A stretch of 64,000 bases of DNA. It comes from Acidobacteriota bacterium (GTDB lineage Bacteria; Acidobacteriota; Polarisedimenticolia; Gp22-AA2). The position numbers and the translations under genes are program-made. The notes under the pieces are model-generated. The model did no database searches. It saw only the letters and a program-made list of their open reading frames with translations, and had not been told where the DNA came from. The stretch lies in contig QHXX01000018.1 in the NCBI GenBank assembly GCA_003223135.1, positions 65,904 to 129,903 on the forward strand, in the 5' to 3' direction. This document shows positions 19,500-28,670 of this stretch, in pieces. The stretch's first letter is position 1. Each line of letters begins with the position of its first letter.

Positions 19500-22388
19500 G
19501 TGACCTCGTCCGTCCTGCCGTCCGCGCGATCGTCGCACCATGCCGGGGCCTTCGTGCTTTGCGCCGCACTGCTCGGGATCGCGACCGTCCTGGGACTGGA
19601 GCGCTCACAGAATCGACCGAGGAGTTCACCGCCTTCGCCTGCCGGAGCGGATTACGATGAGGCCGTCCGACTCTATGTCGCCGGTCACTTCCAGGAGGCG
19701 CTCGAGGCGATCAACCGCGCGTCCGCTGCGGATGGATGGAGCGCTGCGCTGCGCGCGCTCGCCGGCTGGTGTCGTCTTCGGGCCGGCGCTCTGGCTGCGG
19801 CAGAGGCCGAGTTCCGCGCGGCGCTGAAGCTGGACGCGGGCGCCGTCGATCCACACGTGGGGCTGGGATACGTGCTGCTGCGCCGCGGTTCGTCGACGGA
19901 GGCGGAAGACCAGTTTCGTTTCGCCCTGCGCCGCGACGCCTCGAATCTCGACGCGCAGAAGGGGCTCGGTCTCGCGCTGCGTGACCAGAAGAAGTACTCT
20001 GACGCGACGCAGGCGTTTCGCGACGCGCTTCGCCTCAAGCCGGGCGATGCCGAGGCCGAGGGATTGCTGCAACAGGCGCTGGCCGCGGGAGACGGCGGCC
20101 GGGAGGAGCGGCCGCGCGGCCCGGCGACCGGCACGGCGATAAGGGTCGTCGCCCAGGCCAGGGACGGCAGGTTCTTCGTCCGGGAAGGCGGGCGCTTCCG
20201 GCCGCTGTTCGTGAAGGGAGTCAACATGGGGGTGGCGCTGCCGGGCCGCTTCCCCGCGGAATTCCCACCGGACGAGGCGACGTACCGCTCCTTCCTCTCG
20301 GCCATCGCCGGGATGGGCGCCAACGCGGTTCGCCTCTATACCCTTCTGCCCCCTTCGTTCTACGCAGCGCTGCGCCGGCACAACGACGCGGCCCGGTCGG
20401 CACCGCTCTGGCTCCTGCAGGGGATATGGACCGAGCCGCCGGCAGGCGATGACTACGACGGCGACGTGTTCGTCCGGCAATTCCGAGGCGAGATCCGGCG
20501 GGTCATCGACGCGGTGCACGGCAATCTCGACCTCGAGGCGCGGCCGGGTCATGCTTCGGGCATGTACCGGGCCGATATTTCGCCGCATGTCCTCGGTTAC
20601 ATTCTGGGCCGGGAGTGGGAGCCGCTGTCGGTTCGAACCTATGACGGCTGGTTCGCCAAAGGGCACAGAGAATCGTTCGCGGGTGCGTATTTCACGGCGC
20701 GCCTCGAGGATGGCGCCACGCCGTTCGAGCAGTGGCTGGCCCGGACCATGGACTTCGCCGTCGAATACGAGACCGGGGACTACCGCCAGCAGCGCCCGAT
20801 CTCGTTCGTCAACTGGCCCACGCTCGACCCGCTGCGACATCCGACCGAATCGACGGCCCCCGAGGAGGGAGCCTTCCTGCGCGCGATGGGCGAGGAGGAG
20901 ACGGCCGAGATGATCGAGGAGTACGGTGAGTGCGAGGATTGTGTCGGGGTGGACGCAGCGCGCATCGTCCCGACGCCCGACGCGCGGGGCGGTATCTTCG
21001 CGACCTACCACGCTTATCCTTATTACCCCGACTTCATGAATCTCGACCCCGGCTACAGCAGGGCGCGCGACTCGAAGGGTCCGAGCAACTTCATCGGGTA
21101 CCTGCGAGATCTCAAGACCCACCACGGCGCCCAGCCGGTGCTCATCGGCGAGACCGGGGTTCCGAGCAGCCGCGGCATTGCGCATCTCCAGCCTCAGGGG
21201 TGGAACCACGGCGGCCACACCGAGCGCGCGCAGGGGGAGATCGATGCCCGGCTGATGATGGATATCGACGAGGCGGGCCTGGCGGGCGGGGTGTTATTCG
21301 CCCTCCTCGACGAGTGGTTCAAGAGGAACTGGATGGTGTTCGATTTCGAAGTGCCGGCCGAGCGCAAGCCCCTCTGGCTCAATGTCCTCGACCCCGAAGA
21401 GAACTACGGTCTTCTGGCTGCGCGGCCGGGTGCCACGAGTTGGAAGGTGAAAGTCGACGGACGGGCGGAGGACTGGAACGGTGTGGCGCCGTTGGTGACA
21501 CGGCCCGAGGGCGGGCCGGAACGGCCGTTCAAGGACGGCTACGACCGGGCCCGCACGCTGCGAGGACTGGCGGTGACGTCGGACGAAGCCTACCTCTATA
21601 TCCGCCTCGATGTGGACCGGCTCGACGCCGACGGCGACGGCGCCCCCGACTGGGGAAAGGTGGCCTACCTCATCGGCATCGACACCTACGATGCACGGCG
21701 GGGGGATCACAGGTTGCCCATCACCGACAAGGCCGTCTCTCCCGCGGGCCTGGAGTTCTGCCTCGTCCTGGATGGCGCCGCCACGTCGAGACTCCTCGTC
21801 GATACCCCTTACGACCTCCAGACAAAGCGCCATCACCGTCCCTACGGTTCGGTCGAGAACGCCGACGGCCGCTTCATGGAGATCAAGGTCGAGACGAACC
21901 GCAGGCGCGTCGGACGCGACGGCACCGTCTACCCTGCCCAGCAGTCGAGCCGCTCACAGCTCATCCACGGCTCGATGGACCGGCGCGACCGGGACAGTTC
22001 GACGCTGACCGACTGGGCCGCCCGGACCGACTCGAACACCATCGAGATCCGCCTCGGCTGGGGGCTCCTGAACGTCACCGACCCGTCCTCCCGCTCTGTC
22101 CTGAGCGACGATCCGGACAATCTGAAGAACGTCGGCTGCACAAGAACCGCCGGCTTCCGCTTCTACGCCGCGGCGATCAAACCCGAAGGCGCCGCCGGAG
22201 GCCGGACGCCGATCGAGGCCCGGCTCGCCGATCGGCTGCCGCCGGGCGACCTCGCGCAACCGTCCGACCTGCCGATGTACGCCTGGCGCGGCTGGGACGA
22301 GCCGACGTACCACATCGAGAAGAAGGAGGGCTGGAGTATCTTGAAGCGGGCCTTCGAGGCGCTGCCGGCACACCGGGAGGCACCGTGA
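19500..22388 (+). CDS. TPR-repeat protein fused to a TIM-barrel glycoside-hydrolase-like domain (clan GH-A-like); putative EPS hydrolase
   Basis: N-terminal hydrophobic segment + ~4 TPRs. Then FVKGVNMGVALPG (GH5-like beta1), AGMGANAVRLY (like GFNxVR), GREWEP (possible acid/base), VLIGETGVPS (GExG nucleophile-like). Lies immediately upstream of the PgaA-like exporter. Confidence 0.55.
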   Translation: MTSSVLPSARSSHHAGAFVLCAALLGIATVLGLERSQNRPRSSPPSPAGADYDEAVRLYVAGHFQEALEAINRASAADGWSAALRALAGWCRLRAGALAAAEAEFRAALKLDAGAVDPHVGLGYVLLRRGSSTEAEDQFRFALRRDASNLDAQKGLGLALRDQKKYSDATQAFRDALRLKPGDAEAEGLLQQALAAGDGGREERPRGPATGTAIRVVAQARDGRFFVREGGRFRPLFVKGVNMGVALPGRFPAEFPPDEATYRSFLSAIAGMGANAVRLYTLLPPSFYAALRRHNDAARSAPLWLLQGIWTEPPAGDDYDGDVFVRQFRGEIRRVIDAVHGNLDLEARPGHASGMYRADISPHVLGYILGREWEPLSVRTYDGWFAKGHRESFAGAYFTARLEDGATPFEQWLARTMDFAVEYETGDYRQQRPISFVNWPTLDPLRHPTESTAPEEGAFLRAMGEEETAEMIEEYGECEDCVGVDAARIVPTPDARGGIFATYHAYPYYPDFMNLDPGYSRARDSKGPSNFIGYLRDLKTHHGAQPVLIGETGVPSSRGIAHLQPQGWNHGGHTERAQGEIDARLMMDIDEAGLAGGVLFALLDEWFKRNWMVFDFEVPAERKPLWLNVLDPEENYGLLAARPGATSWKVKVDGRAEDWNGVAPLVTRPEGGPERPFKDGYDRARTLRGLAVTSDEAYLYIRLDVDRLDADGDGAPDWGKVAYLIGIDTYDARRGDHRLPITDKAVSPAGLEFCLVLDGAATSRLLVDTPYDLQTKRHHRPYGSVENADGRFMEIKVETNRRRVGRDGTVYPAQQSSRSQLIHGSMDRRDRDSSTLTDWAARTDSNTIEIRLGWGLLNVTDPSSRSVLSDDPDNLKNVGCTRTAGFRFYAAAIKPEGAAGGRTPIEARLADRLPPGDLAQPSDLPMYAWRGWDEPTYHIEKKEGWSILKRAFEALPAHREAP

Positions 22389-24121
22389 GCCGCAGCCGGC
22401 GTCTGGTCGCGATCGTTGCCGTCGGCCTCGCCGTGTTCGCCGCTGCGGTCCTTCCGGCGGGGGCGGCGCCCCCGGCCGCCCGGGAGCGGGACACAACGCA
22501 GACGCCCGCTTCGGGCGCTCCGGTCGGGCGGCCGGTGGCCGACATCGTGAAGGAGGCGGACGCCGCCTTCGCGCGGGAGGACTTCAAGCAGGCGAAGGTC
22601 CTCTACGAGGAGGCGGCTCGCCTCGAGCCCGGCCACGTCCGCGCCCTGCATCGCCTCGCCCTCCTGCAGTCGTGGGACGGAGAACTCCGGGCGTCGGCCG
22701 ACAACTACCGCCGCGCCCTGGCTTTGGCGCCGGACGACTTCGACATAGAGCTCGGTCTCGCCCGGGTGCTGTCGTGGACGCACGAGTTCGGGGAGGCGTG
22801 CGTTCTCTACAGGAAGCTGCGCGAGAAACACCCGGACGACGCGCGCGTCCTCCTCGGTCTCGGAAACACACTGTCGTGGGCGGGCCGCTACGCCGAGGCC
22901 GACGAGGTCTTCAATGACATGGAGGCCCGCAAGATCGAGCCGATCCAGGCGCACGCCGGCCGGGCGCGCCTGCGCGGCTGGCAGGGGAAGCTCGACGAGG
23001 CGGCGCACTTCTGGCGCGACGTGCTGCGCGCGGATCCCGGCAACCTCGAGGCACGCATCGGTCTGGCGTACGTGCACCACTGGCAGGGACTCGATCGCAC
23101 GGCGCGCGAGCAGGCCGACAACATCGTCATCGACCACCCGGAGAGCAAGGAGGCGCGGGAGTTGAAGGAGGCGGTGCGGAAGGGACTGCGGCCGCACGCG
23201 GACGCGGACGCGTTCCGCTACAGCGACACCGACTCCAACCGGGTGGATGGCGGCACGGCGTCGTACACCTTCATGGCCGAGCCGCAGACCTCGATCAGGA
23301 TCGCCTACTCGACCTACGACGCGACGTTCCGCTGCGAGGACGCGCAGTTCTGCGATGAGCCGGGCCTCGCCGTCGGAGATGAGATCGACACGCGCGCGCA
23401 GGTCCTGACCGGTGCTTTGACGTCGCGCGTGATCTCCCCGCTGACCTTCAACGCCCGTCTGGGCGCGGTGCGGGAGGGGACCTTCGGCGGGGACACGCGC
23501 GTCGTCGGGGTCCTCGGCGGCTACCTCCGCTGGCAGGTCGGCCCGAGGTTCGCCCTCGGCACGAACGGCGGCCGGGACGTGTTCCTCGACACCGCCCCCC
23601 TCATCGACCGCGGCATCCGCATCACGGACGCCAATGCCCGCGTGGAGTTCCGTTTCAACCCGGCCTGGCTGCTCTCGGGCAGCGCCGGGGCGGCGTCGTT
23701 TTCCGACGGCAACGCGCGCCGCACGGCCGGGGCTGCGATCGAATGGCGTCTGCCGACGACGCACCCGTGGATCGCGGGCACGGTCGACGTCCGATACCGG
23801 TCGTTCAACGCCGACGAGGACAACGGCTACTTCGACCCGCGGCGCTACGACTCGGAGCTCCTGACCCTGGCGGTCTGGGACGACTACCGTGACGGCCTGC
23901 TCTACTGGAGGCTCGAGGGCACGTATGGACGGCAAGCCTTCACCGTCGGCGCGGTGAAACGCGACGACGCGGTGAGCGGCGGGTCCGTCCTCGCGGGCGT
24001 CAACTTCGCGCAGGGCAGGGCAGCTCTCGAGGCTTCGTACGCCCGCAGCGACTACGCGCTCAATGTCGCGCAGGGATTCACGTACAGCCGGACAGGGTTT
24101 TCCCTGCGGTTCCGGTTCTGA
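22385..24121 (+). CDS. PgaA/BcsC/PelB-like outer-membrane exporter: N-terminal TPR domain + C-terminal beta-barrel
   Basis: GTG start overlaps upstream stop (GTGA). Signal peptide LVAIVAVGLAVFAAAVLPAGA, TPRs, C-terminal alternating hydrophobic beta-strands ending ...FSLRFRF (terminal Phe). Confidence 0.55.
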   Translation: MSRSRRLVAIVAVGLAVFAAAVLPAGAAPPAARERDTTQTPASGAPVGRPVADIVKEADAAFAREDFKQAKVLYEEAARLEPGHVRALHRLALLQSWDGELRASADNYRRALALAPDDFDIELGLARVLSWTHEFGEACVLYRKLREKHPDDARVLLGLGNTLSWAGRYAEADEVFNDMEARKIEPIQAHAGRARLRGWQGKLDEAAHFWRDVLRADPGNLEARIGLAYVHHWQGLDRTAREQADNIVIDHPESKEARELKEAVRKGLRPHADADAFRYSDTDSNRVDGGTASYTFMAEPQTSIRIAYSTYDATFRCEDAQFCDEPGLAVGDEIDTRAQVLTGALTSRVISPLTFNARLGAVREGTFGGDTRVVGVLGGYLRWQVGPRFALGTNGGRDVFLDTAPLIDRGIRITDANARVEFRFNPAWLLSGSAGAASFSDGNARRTAGAAIEWRLPTTHPWIAGTVDVRYRSFNADEDNGYFDPRRYDSELLTLAVWDDYRDGLLYWRLEGTYGRQAFTVGAVKRDDAVSGGSVLAGVNFAQGRAALEASYARSDYALNVAQGFTYSRTGFSLRFRF

Positions 24122-24155
24122 GGCGCGGTTCTTTGCTCGCGCCGCGCAGCGAGGG

Positions 24156-24545
24156 GTGACGGCCGTGGCGGAGCAGGCCCGAATCCTGATCGCGGACGGC
24201 GACGCGCCCGTGCGACGCTTCGTGGCCGCGCTTCTCGTCCACGGAGGATACGAGGTGCATGAGGCCGCGGACGGCGAGTCGGCGCTTCAAAAGGCGGTGT
24301 CGCTCGCGCCGCGACTGCTGGTCCTGGACATCGTGCTGCCGGGGAAGGACGGTTTCGAGGTCATCAACTCGCTCAAGTCGAACCCGGCGACCTCCCGCCT
24401 GCCGATTCTGGTGCTGTCGGTGAAGGATCGCGAGGAGGATGTGGTGAAGGCGCTCGACCTCGGCGCCGAGGACTACGTCATCAAGCCGTTCAGCCCCCGC
24501 GAGCTCCAGGCGCGCATCCGCAAGATTCTCGAAAGGAGCCGGTGA
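24156..24545 (+). CDS. Stand-alone response-regulator receiver (REC, CheY-like) protein
   Basis: ILIADGD, phospho-acceptor context LLVLDIVLPGKDGFEV, LPILVLSVKD, AEDYVIKPF; no output domain. The ORF track starts at 24063, which overlaps the upstream gene. Confidence 0.75.
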   Translation: MTAVAEQARILIADGDAPVRRFVAALLVHGGYEVHEAADGESALQKAVSLAPRLLVLDIVLPGKDGFEVINSLKSNPATSRLPILVLSVKDREEDVVKALDLGAEDYVIKPFSPRELQARIRKILERSR

Positions 24546-24549
24546 CGCC

Positions 24550-25824
24550 GTGGATCCGGTGCGCCTTCTGATGGTCGAGGTGGTCGAGGGAGTCGGGGTC
24601 TTCCTCGCCCTTCTCACCTTTGCGATCGTCATCAACAAGGCGCTCCGCGAGGTGGGCGAGGCCCTCGACAGACACCGGCGCACGCTCATCGAGCCGGCCG
24701 TCTTCGAGTACCTCGGCGCCGCGTCCTCCAGGCCGCAGCGCGACGCCCTCCCGCGATCGTCGTCGCGCCGCGACCGGCGCCTGGTGGAGGAGTTCCTTCT
24801 CGAGGCGGCGCGCGTCGTGAAGGGGGAAACGCGCGACCGGGTGACCGCCGCCTTCGAGGCGCTCGGCTCGGTGCGCGAGGCGATCCGCGCTCTGCACAGC
24901 CGCCGCTGGTGGAAGCGCGCCGAGGCAGCCGAGAGGCTCGGGCTGATGCGAAGCCGCACGGCCGTCGCGCCGCTCGTGGCCCTGATGAGCGATCCGGAGG
25001 CGGAGGTGCGCATCCGCGCGGCCCGCGCCCTGGGTCTCGTTCGCGGAAGCACGTCGATCAGACCGCTCGTATCGGCCCTCGCGGACCCGAGCCGCTGGTC
25101 GGCGATCCGCGTCGCCGAGATTCTGATCAACGTCGGCGTCGAGGCGGTGGACGAGCTCCTCGTGGCCTATGAGACGTTGCCGCTTAACGCCCGAGTCTCC
25201 GCCCTCGACGTTCTGGGGCGCATCCGGAGTCTCAGGGCTGTCGGGCTGATGAAACAGTGTCTTTCGGACGCACACCCGGACATCCGGGCTCGCGCGGCGC
25301 ACGGGCTCGGCCTCATCGGCGATCCTGGCACCGCCCCCGACCTGATTCGCGCCCTCCGGGACACGGAGTGGCCGCCGCGCGCGATGGCGGCCAAATCGCT
25401 CGGCCGCCTCCGAGACCCTGCAGCCATAGGACCGCTGCGCGAGTCGATGAGGGACCGGCAGTGGTGGGTGCGTTACAACTCCGGCGAGGCGCTCCGGGCC
25501 CTCGGCCCCGAAGGTCTGGAGGCGCTGATCGACATGTTGAGCTCCGACGATCCGTACGCCCGTCACATGGCGGTGGCGCAGCTCGAAGAAGGCCGGGTCA
25601 TCGACCACTTTGTCGCGGACCTGACCTCGAACGACGCCGGCAAGCGCGCCGCGGCGATCCGCTTCGTCGACAAAGTAACCGCCGCCGCCCGCATCGACGA
25701 TACGACCCGGCAGGCGGCCAGAAGCGCCCAGGAAGGCGTGCGCCACGCGCTGTCCAACATCCTGAAAACGCCGTCGCCGGCACCTGCGTCCTCACCCGGC
25801 AAGGGGGACGGAGGACGTTCGTGA
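24550..25824 (+). CDS. Membrane-anchored HEAT/PBS-lyase-like repeat protein
   Basis: One N-terminal TM helix (GVGVFLALLTFAIVI), then >=6 HEAT-like repeats (EVRIRAARALGLV, WSAIRVAEILINVG, PDIRARAAHGLGLIGDP, WPPRAMAAKSLGRLRDP, WWVRYNSGEALRALG). Confidence 0.55.
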   Translation: MDPVRLLMVEVVEGVGVFLALLTFAIVINKALREVGEALDRHRRTLIEPAVFEYLGAASSRPQRDALPRSSSRRDRRLVEEFLLEAARVVKGETRDRVTAAFEALGSVREAIRALHSRRWWKRAEAAERLGLMRSRTAVAPLVALMSDPEAEVRIRAARALGLVRGSTSIRPLVSALADPSRWSAIRVAEILINVGVEAVDELLVAYETLPLNARVSALDVLGRIRSLRAVGLMKQCLSDAHPDIRARAAHGLGLIGDPGTAPDLIRALRDTEWPPRAMAAKSLGRLRDPAAIGPLRESMRDRQWWVRYNSGEALRALGPEGLEALIDMLSSDDPYARHMAVAQLEEGRVIDHFVADLTSNDAGKRAAAIRFVDKVTAAARIDDTTRQAARSAQEGVRHALSNILKTPSPAPASSPGKGDGGRS

Positions 25825-25852
25825 CCGGTCGCCGAGCCGCCGGTGGGCCACC

Positions 25853-27295
25853 ATGACCTGGATGTCCGTCCTGATCACAATCGTCCTCGCCTTCAACCGC
25901 TGGGTGATCTTCTACTTCGGCCTCCTGAACGGCGTCTATCTCTTGCTGTTCCTGGTGTCGTTCGTGGAGGTCCTGCGCTTCGTCAAGCGGACGTTCTTCT
26001 CCGACTACGAGCAAATCTTGAAGTCGGAGATGACCTGGCCCATCTCAATGATCGTCCCCGCCTACAACGAAGCGCGCAACATCGTCGAGACCGTGCGGTC
26101 GCTTCTCGCGGTGAACTATGGTCAGTTCGAGGTCGTCGTGGTGAACGATGGGTCCAACGACGGCACGCTCGAGCGCCTCATTTCGACCTTCGAGCTGAAG
26201 CGCACCGACCGCATCTACCGCCGCACGCTGCCGACCGGTCCCGTGCGCGGCATCTACGCCTCGCTCGAACATCCGAATCTCAGCGTCGTGGACAAGGAGT
26301 GGGGCGGCAAGGCCGAGGCGCTCAACTGCGGGATCAATGTGTCGCGCTACCCCCTGTTCTGCTCGGTCGATGCCGATTCGATCATGGAGGACAATGCGCT
26401 CCTGCGAGTGGTGAAGCCGTTCATGGAGCACCCCCAGGAGATGGTCGCCGCCGGCGGTATCGTTCGCATCGTCAATGGCTGCGAGGTGCGCGAAGGCCGG
26501 GTCGTGCGCATCGGCCTGCCGAAGAAGCCCTTGCCTGTCTTCCAGGTCGTCGAATATCTGAGAGCGTTCCTGGGAGGGCGCATCGGATGGAGCAGCCTGC
26601 GGTCGCTGCTCATCATCTCTGGCGCGTTCGGTCTGTACCGCAAGTCGGTGGTGATCGCCGCCGGAGGCTACGACAGCTGGTCGGAAACCGAGGACCTCGA
26701 GCTCGTCCTGAAGCTCCACGAGCACATGCGCAGGACCGGCCGCAAGTACCGCATCGTCTTCGTCCCCGACCCCGTATGCTGGACCGAGGTCCCGTCGACC
26801 TTTCGTGTCCTGGCTCGCCAGCGCAACCGCTGGCACCGCGGCCTGCTCCAGAGCCTGTGGCGCCACAAGCACATGATCTTCAACCCCGAGTACGGCGCCA
26901 TCGGCATGCTCGGGCTGCCCTACTTTCTTGTCTTCGAGTCCCTCGGCCCCTTCATTGAAATTCTCGGCTACATCACGGTCGCGCTCTCGTATTGGCTCGG
27001 CGTCCTGAACATCGATTTCTTCGTTCTCTTCCTAATCTTCGCCGTCTTCTTCGGGGTCTTCCTGTCCGTCGCCGCCGTGCTCCTGGAGGAGGTCTCCTTC
27101 CGCCGCTATCCCGGCTGGGAACACCTCGCCAGGCTCGTCTTCTACGGTGTCCTCGAAAACTTCGGCTACCGCCAGATCCTGGCCATCTTCAAGGTGAAAG
27201 CCTTCTGGGACTTTCTGCGGCGCCGTCGCGCCTGGGGCCGGATGGAGCGCGAGGGGTTCCGGGCGGGACCGGCGTCGCCGACCCTTCGGACCTAG
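25853..27295 (+). CDS. Processive family-2 glycosyltransferase, PgaC/IcaA/HmsR-like EPS synthase
   Basis: 2 N-terminal TMs, GT-A domain (VVNDGSNDGT; DAD in SVDADS), processive motif QRNRWHRG (QxxRW), C-terminal TM cluster; ~480 aa, no PilZ domain. Confidence 0.75.
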   Translation: MTWMSVLITIVLAFNRWVIFYFGLLNGVYLLLFLVSFVEVLRFVKRTFFSDYEQILKSEMTWPISMIVPAYNEARNIVETVRSLLAVNYGQFEVVVVNDGSNDGTLERLISTFELKRTDRIYRRTLPTGPVRGIYASLEHPNLSVVDKEWGGKAEALNCGINVSRYPLFCSVDADSIMEDNALLRVVKPFMEHPQEMVAAGGIVRIVNGCEVREGRVVRIGLPKKPLPVFQVVEYLRAFLGGRIGWSSLRSLLIISGAFGLYRKSVVIAAGGYDSWSETEDLELVLKLHEHMRRTGRKYRIVFVPDPVCWTEVPSTFRVLARQRNRWHRGLLQSLWRHKHMIFNPEYGAIGMLGLPYFLVFESLGPFIEILGYITVALSYWLGVLNIDFFVLFLIFAVFFGVFLSVAAVLLEEVSFRRYPGWEHLARLVFYGVLENFGYRQILAIFKVKAFWDFLRRRRAWGRMEREGFRAGPASPTLRT

Positions 27296-27307
27296 GAGCC
27301 CGCCCGA

Positions 27308-28633
27308 TCAGGGTGACAGAAGCTTCTTGATCTCTCCCACCAGGTAAAGCGACCCGCTGACGACGACGAGCGCGCCGGGACCGGCCGTCTCGCACGCGAC
27401 ATGGAGGGCTTCTTCGACGGAGTTCGAGCGCGACACGTCGGGGTGACGCGCGGCCGCGAGACGCTGAAGATATTCGGGGTCCTCGCCGCGGACGACAGGG
27501 AGACGAGTGACGATCACTCTGCGGACCAGGGGGCAGAGGAGGTCGAGCATCGTGGCGGCGGGCTTGTCCTTCATGGCGGCGAAGACGAGGACCTTGGGGT
27601 GGTCCTCCTGATACTCCTTGAGATAGGCCGCGAGAGTGGCGCAGCCGGCTGAATTGTGGGCGCCGTCGAGGAGCAGATCGGGCTCACCTCGGATGAGCTC
27701 GAGCCGGCCGGGCCAGACGGTGGTGCGGAGGCCGGAATTGATGCTACGCGCCTCGATGCCTTGGACTCCGACGGCCGCCAGGCGCTCGGTCAAAAGGACG
27801 GCGGTGACGGCGTTCTCCACCTGGTGGACGCCGCGCAGCGACAGGGCAATCTCGCGGTAGCGCCCGCCGCCCGGAGTTGCCAGCGAGAAGACAGGTGGAT
27901 CGAGAAAGTGTCGGGGGCCGGCAGGCGCGCCGTGGGCGGCGTCGCTGCCGGGGCGGACGTCGCAGTCCGTCGTCAGTATGACGGGCGCGCCGATGCGTCC
28001 GGCCTCCGCGCGGATCGCTTCCAGGGCTGCGGGTTCCTGCTTCGAGACGGCGGCCGTCACGCCGGGTCTGAGGATGCCGGCCTTCTGGGTGGCGATCTCG
28101 GCGAGGGTCCGGCCGAGCCAGCGGGTGTGGTCCATGGCGATCTGGGTGATGGCGCCGGCGAGGGGCATGACGACATTCGTGGCGTCGAACCGCCCGCCCA
28201 TTCCGACCTCCAGAACGGCTATCGGCACCTTGCGTCTCCTGAAGTGCAGGAAGGCGAGCGCGGTCGTCGCCTCGAAATAGGTCGGCGGGTCGTTTCTCAG
28301 CAGGCGGTCGCCGGCGATGACGCTGCGCAGCTCGGAGGTGAGAGCGGCGACTTCGGTCCCGGGGATCGGCTCCTCGCCAACGACGATCCTTTCTTCGAAG
28401 CGTACGAGGTGGGGGGAGGTGTAGACCCCGGGCGCGTAGCCGGCCTGCCGGAGGATCGAAGCGGCATAGGCGGCGACCGACCCCTTGCCGTTCGTGCCGG
28501 CAATCAGGACGGAGGGAAAGGCCGTCTGCGGGTCGCCGAGGCGCGCGAGGAGCGCCCGAATCCTGTCGAGGCCGGGGCGGATGCCGAGGGCCTCGAGCGA
28601 AGCGAGGTAGGCGAGCGCTTCCTCGTAGGTCAT
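27308..28633 (-). CDS. folC: Bifunctional folylpolyglutamate synthase / dihydrofolate synthase
   Basis: P-loop IAGTNGKGSVAAY, Mur-ligase central and C-terminal domains; accD-folC neighbourhood as in other bacteria. Confidence 0.85.
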   Translation of the reverse strand: MTYEEALAYLASLEALGIRPGLDRIRALLARLGDPQTAFPSVLIAGTNGKGSVAAYAASILRQAGYAPGVYTSPHLVRFEERIVVGEEPIPGTEVAALTSELRSVIAGDRLLRNDPPTYFEATTALAFLHFRRRKVPIAVLEVGMGGRFDATNVVMPLAGAITQIAMDHTRWLGRTLAEIATQKAGILRPGVTAAVSKQEPAALEAIRAEAGRIGAPVILTTDCDVRPGSDAAHGAPAGPRHFLDPPVFSLATPGGGRYREIALSLRGVHQVENAVTAVLLTERLAAVGVQGIEARSINSGLRTTVWPGRLELIRGEPDLLLDGAHNSAGCATLAAYLKEYQEDHPKVLVFAAMKDKPAATMLDLLCPLVRRVIVTRLPVVRGEDPEYLQRLAAARHPDVSRSNSVEEALHVACETAGPGALVVVSGSLYLVGEIKKLLSP

Positions 28634-28670
28634 GAAACCCCGCGTGGATCGAGGGGCCGCGGACAATCCT

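Noticed and set aside
19626-21218. 530-aa antisense ORF opposite the TPR-hydrolase gene
   Set aside because: No motifs, Arg/Pro-rich. The sense strand has a coherent TPR + TIM-barrel protein.
22163-23935. 590-aa antisense ORF opposite the PgaA-like gene
   Set aside because: GC-shadow ORF. The plus strand encodes TPRs and a beta-barrel with terminal Phe.
20930-24121. 1063-aa ORF suggested by the ORF track
   Set aside because: Its first ~1450 nt lie out of frame inside the 19500-22388 gene. The real gene in this frame starts at GTG 22385 (signal peptide directly follows), overlapping the upstream stop.
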